The notes beneath the pieces were generated by a model. It searched no databases, was not told the origin of the DNA, and was given only the letters and a program-made list of their open reading frames with translations. The position numbers were made by a program, and so were the translations under genes. A stretch of DNA of 61,842 nt, the filler included. It is 4 parts of 4 records of this genome, joined end to end, with 100 filler letters (N's around TTAATTAATTAA, not from the genome) between each part and the next. Parts side by side here need not be neighbours in the genome. Positions count along the whole stretch, not along the records: positions 1 to 31,644 come from SRR31156797_2498; 3 more parts are not named here. The stretch is one strand, 5' to 3'. Positions 21,295 through 30,468 of this stretch are shown here, piece after piece. Numbering within the stretch: the first letter of the stretch is position 1; every line of letters starts with the position of its first letter.

Positions 21295-22011
21295 TTATTC
21301 CTTTATACTACTAATACTCTCTGCTAGTGATTTCGCCAGCTTAGCAAACTGAGCATTTAGCTTTCCTGTGTTTATTACTATTCCAAGGTTACTTGACTTA
21401 ACCAAATCATTACTTTCTCTTATTTCACCCAGGATTGTACTATCCATTATATCAGAAACATCATCAACACTCATACACTGTCCTCTTCTGGAGAGCTTTG
21501 GTCTTGCTCTGTTTACGACAACCAGTACATTCTTTTTATAATCATTTATTATCAAATTCTTCGTCTTTAGTGCATCTCGTACTGATGAAACATCTGGAGT
21601 TACAACAATTAATGCATACTGTGACACTTGAACACACTCGTGGAAACCTGCATCGATTCCAGCAGGAGAATCTATCAGAAGATAATCATAATCCCTTTCA
21701 GCTAAGTCCTTTATCTTTGATATGTATGCATTTGAAGATTTATCCCTCGGAGCAGCAACAAAATCAAGATTAGGAAATTCTATTGAGTTTATTACTGTAT
21801 CCTCTAAGTTTGCCTTATTGTTTATTATGTCCTGAGCATCATATACAATTTTCGAACTTACTCCAAGAGAAATATCCAAATTTCTCAAGCCAGCATCACC
21901 ATCAAGCAATAGGGTTTTACTGCCCATAAGAGATAACTGAGCTCCCAGATTTGCTGTTATTGTGGTCTTACCGACTCCCCCTTTTCCAGATGTTACTACT
22001 ATAGTTATCAT
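21295..22011 (-). CDS. minD: MinD-family ATPase (short)
   Basis: Motifs SGKGGVGKTT, DGDAGLRNLD, LIDSPAGI..GF and TPDVSSVRDA. Confidence 0.85.
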   Translation of the reverse strand: MITIVVTSGKGGVGKTTITANLGAQLSLMGSKTLLLDGDAGLRNLDISLGVSSKIVYDAQDIINNKANLEDTVINSIEFPNLDFVAAPRDKSSNAYISKIKDLAERDYDYLLIDSPAGIDAGFHECVQVSQYALIVVTPDVSSVRDALKTKNLIINDYKKNVLVVVNRARPKLSRRGQCMSVDDVSDIMDSTILGEIRESNDLVKSSNLGIVINTGKLNAQFAKLAKSLAESISSIKE

Positions 22012-24497
22012 TCTGTCACCGCAAATGATCCAGGAATAGAAGCAGGCTCAGCCCCTTCATATTTATTATCAAGGTAATATTCTATTATCTCTTTAGCTGT
22101 ATATGCTGCCTTACCTCCTGAATAACCAGATGGTATCATAACTGCAATTGCTATTTCAGGTTCATCAAGTGGTGCAAAAGCAACGAACCAAGCATTGTTC
22201 TCCAAATCGATTTCACTAACTTCTGCTGTTCCTGTCTTACCACCAATTTCTTTGAGATATTTAAAGTTTGTGAAGTATGCAGCAGCTGTACCACCATCTT
22301 CCTGAGAAACAACTTCTGCCATGCCTTCCTTGATAGCATCAATATATTCCACTGGTATATTCAGCTCTCTAACTAACTGTGGTCTATTTTCTTCTATAAC
22401 CTGACCATCAGGAGATACAATTGATTTTACCAGAGTTGCATCGTATACATACCCTCCGTTAACCAATGCTGAAATATATCTGGCAACGCCAATTGGAGTA
22501 AGCAAAGTAACAGACTGACCAATTCCTGTCAGAACATTCTCAGTAGTAGACCATTTAATTTCCAATAAATATGCATTTATCTGCTTATCATATGATTGAT
22601 ATGGATAGTTTCTAATAGCAGCAGTATCCAGATTAAGTTCATTTTTTAGAATACCACGTATATCCGGACCCCACTCATCAGTACCAGAAACAACTAGTTC
22701 CATCAAGTTCTCCGTTACACTTGCATATAGTTCATCCTCATATTCATACCCTTCAGATTCGCAGGCTTTCTTCAATGTTGCCTTTATTGAGTAATAAACA
22801 ACAGCAGTTCTTCCTGTTGGTGTTCTGTCTTTACTGTAAAGTACATCTTCACTGGCAACCTGACCTGCTACTTCACCAGTTAATTCAACATTTGTTTTGC
22901 TGTCTAATCCTAGCTTGCTGGCCCACTTTGTCAATAACTCATTTCCTAAATCATACGCTACTGTAAAGAAGAAATAGTTACAAGAGTTCTTTAGCCCTTC
23001 AATTACGGTTTGGTTAGCATGAAGATAAACTTTTGGGTATACCCAGCAGGTAGGTTTCTTACCAGATGTAATATCCTTATCCCATTCCCCCTCATCACTA
23101 ATTCTGGTTTCAAGATCAATAACACCTTCCATTAATCCAGCGATTGCTGTTACCATTTTAAATATTGAACCTGGTGTAGAGCTTGATGAAATCGCTTTAT
23201 TAAACAGTGGATTAGTCGGGTCCTGATACAGCATATCTGCATTCTCCTGTGATAGCCCGCCTGTAAATAAATTAGGGTCATATGATGGGTACGATGCCAT
23301 AGCCAGAATACTTCCTGTGTTAACCTGCATAACAACGACAGCACCTATCTCAGCTAAATCAATGTCATCAATGCTCTCAACACCCTGTTCTAAGTAGCTG
23401 TCAATATTATTGTTGTATCGAGCTATTTGAAATGCATGAATTTCTTTAATATTTTGTTCTAATGCATCCTCTGCTTTTTTCTGCATTTTTGCATCAATGG
23501 TAAGTACTACGTTATTGCCGTCAGTTGGCTGAATAACTTCTGTTTCATTTATTATTTTACCTCTGGAGTTAACCTCAACTACCCGGGTTCCTGTTTTGCC
23601 GTCAATATTTGCAGACAATTCGAATTCCATCTCTGCTTCGATTCCAGAAATACCTATTAGGTCATCACGAGAGTATCCGATTTCTTCATATTCAAGCAAA
23701 GTTGCTTCATCCAGCATGCGCCCTGTATAGCCGATAATGTGAGCAGCAAGTTCGCCTTTGGGATATATTCTAATACTTTCTTCTTCAATAGCCATACCGT
23801 CCAGCTCAATGCTCATCATTTCAATTGTTGCTACTGTTTCAAAATCGACATCTTCTGCGACTGTAACAGGTGTATATGAACGATAAGAAGACATCTGTGC
23901 CTCCTGCCAGACAGACAGAACCTTATGAGCTTCTTCAAAAGATACATCATTTGGTATTTTATATCTATCTCTTACAAACCAATACAAATATTCTACGTCT
24001 TTATCACCGTTATTAAAATCTTCCTGAATTGTATCTGATATCATCATATCATCTATCCATTTATTGATTCTATCGTCTATATTCTCTGTTCCCCTGCCCG
24101 GGAAATAGAAATAGTATTCTATTTCAGCACCAGAATCATCAATCAGAATATTAAATGAATCTAGAAATGTACCATTTTCTTCTTCTACAACCTGAATAGT
24201 TTTTCTTATTATTTCAGTATATTCAGCACCATAATTCGTTAAAGATTTACTGGGGTCTTTGTAAAATACTACGTTGTAGCTGTTCTGGTCATACGCAAGC
24301 GGTAACCCATTTCTGTCCAGTATCATGCCTCTGTTACCAGTTAGTCGCAATTCTTTGTCAAGACCTGAAATCGCTTGTGCTGCGTACTCTTCACCTTTTC
24401 TCCACTGCAAATCAAGCAGCCTTACTATTAAAACAGTAAACAGTACACAGACAATAATCAGTATTACTTTATATCTAGTTTTAAAGTTTTTTAACAT
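22008..24497 (-). CDS. mrdA: Class B penicillin-binding protein 2
   Basis: N-terminal TM; RG.ILDRNG, RIYPKG, G.SGIE; catalytic SxxK (GSIFK), SCN and KTG. Confidence 0.92.
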   Translation of the reverse strand: MLKNFKTRYKVILIIVCVLFTVLIVRLLDLQWRKGEEYAAQAISGLDKELRLTGNRGMILDRNGLPLAYDQNSYNVVFYKDPSKSLTNYGAEYTEIIRKTIQVVEEENGTFLDSFNILIDDSGAEIEYYFYFPGRGTENIDDRINKWIDDMMISDTIQEDFNNGDKDVEYLYWFVRDRYKIPNDVSFEEAHKVLSVWQEAQMSSYRSYTPVTVAEDVDFETVATIEMMSIELDGMAIEEESIRIYPKGELAAHIIGYTGRMLDEATLLEYEEIGYSRDDLIGISGIEAEMEFELSANIDGKTGTRVVEVNSRGKIINETEVIQPTDGNNVVLTIDAKMQKKAEDALEQNIKEIHAFQIARYNNNIDSYLEQGVESIDDIDLAEIGAVVVMQVNTGSILAMASYPSYDPNLFTGGLSQENADMLYQDPTNPLFNKAISSSSTPGSIFKMVTAIAGLMEGVIDLETRISDEGEWDKDITSGKKPTCWVYPKVYLHANQTVIEGLKNSCNYFFFTVAYDLGNELLTKWASKLGLDSKTNVELTGEVAGQVASEDVLYSKDRTPTGRTAVVYYSIKATLKKACESEGYEYEDELYASVTENLMELVVSGTDEWGPDIRGILKNELNLDTAAIRNYPYQSYDKQINAYLLEIKWSTTENVLTGIGQSVTLLTPIGVARYISALVNGGYVYDATLVKSIVSPDGQVIEENRPQLVRELNIPVEYIDAIKEGMAEVVSQEDGGTAAAYFTNFKYLKEIGGKTGTAEVSEIDLENNAWFVAFAPLDEPEIAIAVMIPSGYSGGKAAYTAKEIIEYYLDNKYEGAEPASIPGSFAVTE

Positions 24498-24510
24498 TAA
24501 AAGTCTTCCT

Positions 24511-25035
24511 TTAATATCGAATATATTTTGACTGAATTTCGTCTTTGCTCAGTCTTAAGTTATATTGCTTTTGCAGCAATGTATGAAATAATGCAGAAAA
24601 TCCTGCAGTTGTAATTATTACTAGTAAAGTATGAAAGAATTTCACCACAGTAATTGAAATTATTTTTCTTGAAAAATAAAAGATTGCAAGTGAAAACAGT
24701 TCAAGAAATACAACTAATATCGTACTAAAAGTTACTGATGTTGAATAATGATCACCATTTATATAACTTTTGAGCATACCGATAAAAAATCCTGCTATTG
24801 TACACGGAATTGCAACCATGCCTAAGCCATAACCAGTTAATAAATCTATAATCAATCCACCGAAGCAGCCAACAAGTACTCCGTATAGAGGACCATACAA
24901 AAATGCAGCAGGTATTAATATAGCTGCAAATAAATTAGGAGCCCAATAATTTAAACCAAATACATGCAGCACACTGGTCTGTATAAAAATAATCAATATA
25001 ATCTCTAGTATACTAGCTATGATGCCCTTTTTCAT
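24511..25035 (-). CDS. mreD: Rod shape-determining protein MreD
   Basis: Multi-TM; motifs PNL and G...G..GGL..D; lies between mreC and pbp2. Confidence 0.85.
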   Translation of the reverse strand: MKKGIIASILEIILIIFIQTSVLHVFGLNYWAPNLFAAILIPAAFLYGPLYGVLVGCFGGLIIDLLTGYGLGMVAIPCTIAGFFIGMLKSYINGDHYSTSVTFSTILVVFLELFSLAIFYFSRKIISITVVKFFHTLLVIITTAGFSALFHTLLQKQYNLRLSKDEIQSKYIRY

Positions 25036-26078
25036 TCTGTATCACCTGAATTATTTTCTTCATTCTCATTTTCTGCATTCTCAGTTTCAGCTTCCTCTGC
25101 TATTTCCTCTGCTATCTCTTCTTCAATTCCGCTTTCATCAATTATCTCCTGATTACTGCGTCCGACGATTATAAGAACATTCTCAAGATGCGCAAAGTCT
25201 ACGCTGGGATAAATTATTGCATACTTTTCAGTATTAGAACCGTTATTGACTTCATTTACTTCACCAACGCTTATGCCTTTTGGGAAAATCTCAAGAAGAG
25301 ATGAAGTAACAATTTTATCTCCAGGCACAAGGTCAGCATCATTTAGCAAGTATTTCATTTTAATACTTGGTGTTGTGGAGTCCGTACTATTTATACCTAC
25401 TGCAACGCCGTTATCTCTGGATCTTTCAGAAACTACTGGAGCAGCAGACTGCAGATCAATAATTGACAGTACTTTTGATGTTGTAGGATAAACATCAATT
25501 ACTCTGCCAACTAAACCGTCTTCATTAACAACTGCTGAATTGATAACAATACCGTGCTCCTCACCCCTGTTTATTGTAAACTCCACAAAATAATTGTTTG
25601 GGTCACTAGCAATAACTTTTGCATGTACATATTCATACTCAGGATATTCTTCAACAAATCCAAGAAGTCTCTGAAGCCTTGAATTTTCATCTCTCAATTC
25701 ATCTGCGTAATCCTGCTCAAGTTCCAGCTGAATAATCCGCTGCTTCATTTCTTCGTATTCTGCATCGATTTCACGAAGTGCAAATAACCTTCTGAAAAAC
25801 CCTTTTATACCTTTTGCTGCTGAATATGTGCCATTGGAAACAACCGAAATTCCTTCTGATGCAATATCCTCAGCACCGGATGTACCTTCTGCTGTAAATT
25901 CATCTAATTCGGCTTGCTTTTCTTCTGTTGTAGATAAATCTTCTACTGTGCTTAAATCTTCTTCCGATATTGGGTCTGGATTTCTCTTTCCAGCAAAAGT
26001 TTTTGAAAAAATTATTATTAAGGTAATAAGTATAATAACAAAGATAACTGTAGTAACTAATCTTTTGTTTATTCTCAA
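25032..26078 (-). CDS. mreC: Rod shape-determining protein MreC
   Basis: Motifs ENSRLQRLL, A.VIA.DP, INRG...GI, GLVGRV and GD.IVTS...FPKGI.VG. TTG start at 26078 follows GGAGG. Confidence 0.9.
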   Translation of the reverse strand: MRINKRLVTTVIFVIILITLIIIFSKTFAGKRNPDPISEEDLSTVEDLSTTEEKQAELDEFTAEGTSGAEDIASEGISVVSNGTYSAAKGIKGFFRRLFALREIDAEYEEMKQRIIQLELEQDYADELRDENSRLQRLLGFVEEYPEYEYVHAKVIASDPNNYFVEFTINRGEEHGIVINSAVVNEDGLVGRVIDVYPTTSKVLSIIDLQSAAPVVSERSRDNGVAVGINSTDSTTPSIKMKYLLNDADLVPGDKIVTSSLLEIFPKGISVGEVNEVNNGSNTEKYAIIYPSVDFAHLENVLIIVGRSNQEIIDESGIEEEIAEEIAEEAETENAENENEENNSGDTE

Positions 26079-26079
26079 A

Positions 26080-27084
26080 TCATTTCCTCCGTTTTTTTGA
26101 TTTATTTCTATTTTGGGCAATAATTCCTGCGCCCATTGCAACACAGTCCATTGGATTCTCAGCGATATATGTTTTTAATCCTATTTCTTCTTTTACTCGA
26201 ATTTCCATACCTTCTAGTAGATTTCCACCTCCTGCCAAGAGGATACCATTCTCCATAATATCTGATAGTATTTCAGGAGGACACTGCTGTAGGACTGATA
26301 TTATGCCATCTATAATTTTATTAATTGTACTGCTGATTGCCAAATATATTTCTCTAGATGTGATTTCTGCTGACATTGGCATACCTGATACATTGTCTCT
26401 GCCTCTTATGGTCATTGATTTCTGGTTTAAGTCGGGAATAGCACAGCCTATTTCCATCTTTATTCTTTCAGCTGTTTTATCACCAATAATCATGTTATAT
26501 GTCTTACGTACGTAGTTAACTATATCTTCATCCATCTTCACGCCGCCGCATCTAATGGATTTTGCAGCTATTAAACCACCCATGGAAAATATCGCAATAT
26601 CGCTGGTTCCCCCACCAATATCAACCAGCATATGACCTATTGGTTCTTGTATTTCCAGACCAGCACCAATTGCTGCAGCGATTGGTTCTTTTGCAATTAT
26701 TGCTGTACTCGCACCTGCCCTTTTTGCTGCATCTTTAACAGTTTCATGTTCTATAGTATTTATATTACAAGGAACACAGATAACCATTGTGTGTCCTCTT
26801 TTGCTTGCATTTTTCCCATCCAGTGCTTTTTTGACAAACATTTTCAGCATAGCTTCAGTTATCCTGAAGTCTGCAATAACACCATCTTTTAATGGTCTGA
26901 CTAATTCAACTCCATCAATAGTTTTTCCTAACATTCGAACAGCCTTTTCGCCAACTGCTATAACTTTTCTCTTCCTGTCAGTAGTAACGGCTGCAACTGT
27001 AGGTTCTCGGAGAACTATTCCGAAACCAGATATATAGATTACTACGTTCGCTGTTCCCAAATCTACAGCTAAGTCATATTTCAT
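26080..27084 (-). CDS. mreB: Actin-like MreB
   Basis: Motifs DLGTAN, EPTV.A, RPLKDGVIADF, EPIAAAIGAG, DIGGGT and AE.IK.EIG. Confidence 0.92.
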   Translation of the reverse strand: MKYDLAVDLGTANVVIYISGFGIVLREPTVAAVTTDRKRKVIAVGEKAVRMLGKTIDGVELVRPLKDGVIADFRITEAMLKMFVKKALDGKNASKRGHTMVICVPCNINTIEHETVKDAAKRAGASTAIIAKEPIAAAIGAGLEIQEPIGHMLVDIGGGTSDIAIFSMGGLIAAKSIRCGGVKMDEDIVNYVRKTYNMIIGDKTAERIKMEIGCAIPDLNQKSMTIRGRDNVSGMPMSAEITSREIYLAISSTINKIIDGIISVLQQCPPEILSDIMENGILLAGGGNLLEGMEIRVKEEIGLKTYIAENPMDCVAMGAGIIAQNRNKSKKRRK

Positions 27085-27107
27085 CTTCTCTAAATCTATC
27101 CTTTCAC

Positions 27108-27668
27108 TTAAGTGTTTATAATTTCTTTAATCATTTGTCGCACTGTAGCCATAGGAAATCCCATTATATTGTAATAATCACCCTCAACTCTATCAATATA
27201 TATCCCTGCTTTTCCTTGTATTCCATAGCCTCCCGCCTTGTCATATGGCTCAGCAGTATCTATATATGAGTTGATTTCATCGTCAGTCATCTTTACGAAA
27301 TGTACTTTTGTACTGATTGTCTGTGTAATGGAAGTCTCTCCCTTTATTATGGTAACCCCTGTAATTACCTCATGATTATTATCACTTAGCAATTTAATCA
27401 TTTTGTAAGCATCATCCCTGTCAGCAGGTTTACCTAATATCATATCGTTAATTACAACTATTGTGTCAGAGCCTATTACAACGTATCCTTTTGTTGTATC
27501 TGCTGCTGCCTTTGCTTTCTTATATGATAAGTATTCTGCAACTTCTTTTGGATGCATATTTTCATCAAATGATTCATCAACATCGCAGGGCATAATATCA
27601 AAATCATATCCCATGCGAGTAAGCAATTCTCTTCTTCTTGGCGATCCTGATGCCAATAGTAATTTCAT
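27108..27668 (-). CDS. maf: Maf family nucleotide pyrophosphatase
   Basis: Motifs LLASGSPRRRELL, SDTIV, LGKP and DKAGGYGIQG. Confidence 0.94.
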   Translation of the reverse strand: MKLLLASGSPRRRELLTRMGYDFDIMPCDVDESFDENMHPKEVAEYLSYKKAKAAADTTKGYVVIGSDTIVVINDMILGKPADRDDAYKMIKLLSDNNHEVITGVTIIKGETSITQTISTKVHFVKMTDDEINSYIDTAEPYDKAGGYGIQGKAGIYIDRVEGDYYNIMGFPMATVRQMIKEIINT

Positions 27669-27701
27669 ATATTTCCCTTTATGTAACAATAACTTAATAG
27701 T

Positions 27702-27730
27702 ATTATAAAACGATTGTAACGTTTTATCAA
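27702..27730 (-). promoter_or_regulatory. sigma-A promoter of maf-mre operon with overlapping dyad
   Basis: The minus strand reads TTGATA-N17-TATAAT. The dyad ATAAAACG-N7-CGTTTTAT lies at 27705-27727. Confidence 0.55.
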
Positions 27731-28039
27731 GTTAATTATTAGTTTTGATGCATTTGATAGCAACAATATAAAAACCTATAATTTAATATTATACATATTA
27801 TTATTCATATATCTGCTACCATCTAAAGCTGAGTCTAAGTAAATAACCCTTATATAGACATAATGAAGTATAACAAAAAATTTGGTTTTATATTTACTAT
27901 TATTATTGTATATCCTTTCATAACAATAATCAAATGCATGATTTTAACATATTTAGACATATTAAGCAATAATCAGATTAATTTTGACTAATAATAAGTA
28001 ATTTTGATAATAGCCAACATCATTGGAATACTCAAAAAT

Positions 28040-29524
28040 CTATTCAAACAAAATATCCGGATTTTTGATTATAGGATTTTCAATATAAATATTTTCACTG
28101 ATTTTTTCTTTAACAATACCATCTACAATGAATTGAACACTGCTGATATTGTCCAGTTCTGTCAAAGTATTAACAATAGAATATACAAACAATCGCTGCT
28201 GCTTCTGGCTGACATTAGAAAGAGAAATCATAAGATTTTCTGACATATTAATAATACAGCAATTATCATATACGACAACCTCATAAATATCGTCAGTAGT
28301 TGTATCTGGCGGAAATGCAACTCTGGTATAAGTGTAATAAGCTCTGTCGTGATTTATTATCTCATTAATTATCTCCCATGGATTGTTGTAATTAGCCTGA
28401 CTTACAGCTGTCTGTACTTCAGTCAAGAGGCTATAGTCTTTATTTGGCATATACAAACTAATAAGATGTCCGACATTTTCGGTGAAATCACTTCTTTGAA
28501 GTAGCGGATTTTCCAATACAGGCTGTTCATTTGCCAGTATCCTTACACTCTCTACTTCACGAAAATAACTAAGCATTGTAAGGGTAAGACCACCGCAGAG
28601 CATATAACGTTCTTTGCTGTCCATAGTTTCATAGTTGAGTACTTCAAGCCGAAGAGTCAATACAGTTTCATCTGTCTCGTCCTCAATCTCACTTGAATTC
28701 AATACCACAGACTGCGGTATACAAGATTTCATACCACTGTCATAGTTTGGTCCGCTCTTTAAATGCAAGAATATTTCCTCAATAGCTATGTCTTTAGTTA
28801 TGATTACATTACTAACATCTGCAATAAGGTAATTTGATTTTATATCCAGGTAATAAAATATAGTATTTTCTTTGGTTGCTACATCATCAGAAACATTATT
28901 TATTGCATCTAAGTGCTCTAAGTAAGAAAGCTTTAGCTTTTCATTGACTTTTGTCATTGGTGTTTTCAGCAAACCAGAATTAGGTAGCTGCTTTCCATTA
29001 GTTAATATCTCAACATAATCAATATACTTGAGTTCACACACAGTATTAACTAGTGAGACTATACCAGAATAAAAAACTAAGTCATCGATTCTATCAAAAC
29101 TTCCAACTAGATTAATAGTAGCTAAATTCCTGCTGACAGTAACCCAATCAAGTGCGATTCTGCCATTGAATGCTTCACTGTAATCAGAATCCTCGTCTGC
29201 TCTGTTGTTAAGCCATTTATTGATAATTACTGATATCTCATTTGTTCCTTCATATACACGTACTTGGCTGACTACTCGAACTAAAGACTCATAATCGTTG
29301 TCAGGGTAATATAAAGATATTTGCTTGATATTTACATCTTCCTCTTTAATTTGGTATTCATATTCCTCAAATTCTTCCAGTGATTGATAATCAACTGTAC
29401 CTTTTTGCAAATTACATCCTGCTAAATTTATTATTAGTGAATTTACTATCAATACAATTGATACAAGTACTATTTTTCGTTTTATTGAATTATTTGATAT
29501 AGTGATGTAATGGAACATTTCCAA
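28040..29524 (-). CDS. Lipoprotein with three GerMN-like domains
   Basis: Lipobox NLAGC. Repeated units run from LYYPD/FYYLD/LYMPN to SLVNTVCEL..I..VEI, TLT.L...V..V.I and YSIVNTLTEL..I..VQF.VDG. The start is uncertain. Confidence 0.7.
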   Translation of the reverse strand: MEMFHYITISNNSIKRKIVLVSIVLIVNSLIINLAGCNLQKGTVDYQSLEEFEEYEYQIKEEDVNIKQISLYYPDNDYESLVRVVSQVRVYEGTNEISVIINKWLNNRADEDSDYSEAFNGRIALDWVTVSRNLATINLVGSFDRIDDLVFYSGIVSLVNTVCELKYIDYVEILTNGKQLPNSGLLKTPMTKVNEKLKLSYLEHLDAINNVSDDVATKENTIFYYLDIKSNYLIADVSNVIITKDIAIEEIFLHLKSGPNYDSGMKSCIPQSVVLNSSEIEDETDETVLTLRLEVLNYETMDSKERYMLCGGLTLTMLSYFREVESVRILANEQPVLENPLLQRSDFTENVGHLISLYMPNKDYSLLTEVQTAVSQANYNNPWEIINEIINHDRAYYTYTRVAFPPDTTTDDIYEVVVYDNCCIINMSENLMISLSNVSQKQQRLFVYSIVNTLTELDNISSVQFIVDGIVKEKISENIYIENPIIKNPDILFE

Positions 29525-30456
29525 ACTCCGTTTTCCCTTACTAATCTGACTGAAATATTTTCTGTTACGTCTTCAGTACCTTCAGATGTTAGTGATTTAT
29601 ATGACATTACTATAACAGCAGATTTACCATCTAAAGCAACTGACTGATTGTGTATTGTATATTCCAATAATGAAAAGTCAGCAGCATCTAATTGCTTTAT
29701 AATATTGTCTGTATCGTCTTCTTCAGTGCTGTCAAATGCAGTATACATGAGAACTCCGTACCATTCTTTTATTCCTATATAATTCATTATTGCGTGAACT
29801 GCAGCAGATGGCGAAAAAATCAATTCTGTATTTCGAGACAAAGGCTCTATCAATTGATTGTCGTCCTCCTCCTCTATTCCCATTTCCTTGTTTGTTGGTC
29901 TGGTTCCTGTACCGTTATTATCGTAATCAATATAAAACTGTACATAGGAATAGCCTCCTAATTCAGTAATTGTGTTTACTATAGAATACAATGCCAGCTT
30001 CCTTCTGCTTACTACCTGATTGTAAGTATCTTCACTATCTTCCCAATTATCATCAAATCCAGCCGGTGGATTCATAAAATGACGACTTAAAGTTACAAAT
30101 AGTATATTATCTCTTCCGCTGACTGATAGTACTCTTGTATTACTGTCAAATAAATTACCAATATTCGTATTAGTGCTTTGAGTTCCTGCAATTAGCTCCT
30201 GAATTAGTGCTAGTTCAGTGCTTTTACTCTCAGGTATTGTAAGGGTTCTAAGCTCCTGAGTAAGTGCATTGGCTGATTCGATACGATAATACAAAGTGTA
30301 TTCATTAGAAATCGTATCATTTGTATCTCCAGGTAATATCTGCAGATTATCACTTGTATTATTATCATCAGTTACCAAAGGAGAACAACTGGAAAGCAAA
30401 ACAGTAACTGCGATTATAATAATTAATATTTTTGAATTATTTGATATTACGTTCAT
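29482..30456 (-). CDS. GerMN-domain lipoprotein with NTF2-like C-terminus
   Basis: Lipobox LLSSC; YTLYY...ELI.G...YSIVNTITEL....VQF.ID; C-terminal VRLVRENGVWK. Confidence 0.7.
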   Translation of the reverse strand: MNVISNNSKILIIIIAVTVLLSSCSPLVTDDNNTSDNLQILPGDTNDTISNEYTLYYRIESANALTQELRTLTIPESKSTELALIQELIAGTQSTNTNIGNLFDSNTRVLSVSGRDNILFVTLSRHFMNPPAGFDDNWEDSEDTYNQVVSRRKLALYSIVNTITELGGYSYVQFYIDYDNNGTGTRPTNKEMGIEEEDDNQLIEPLSRNTELIFSPSAAVHAIMNYIGIKEWYGVLMYTAFDSTEEDDTDNIIKQLDAADFSLLEYTIHNQSVALDGKSAVIVMSYKSLTSEGTEDVTENISVRLVRENGVWKCSITSLYQIIQ

Positions 30457-30468
30457 AATAAATTCCTT

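Noticed and set aside
27863..27991. 42-codon hydrophobic ORF (MKYNKKFGFIFTIII...) in the AT-rich intergenic region
   Set aside because: No RBS; hydrophobic short ORFs arise by chance in very AT-rich DNA.
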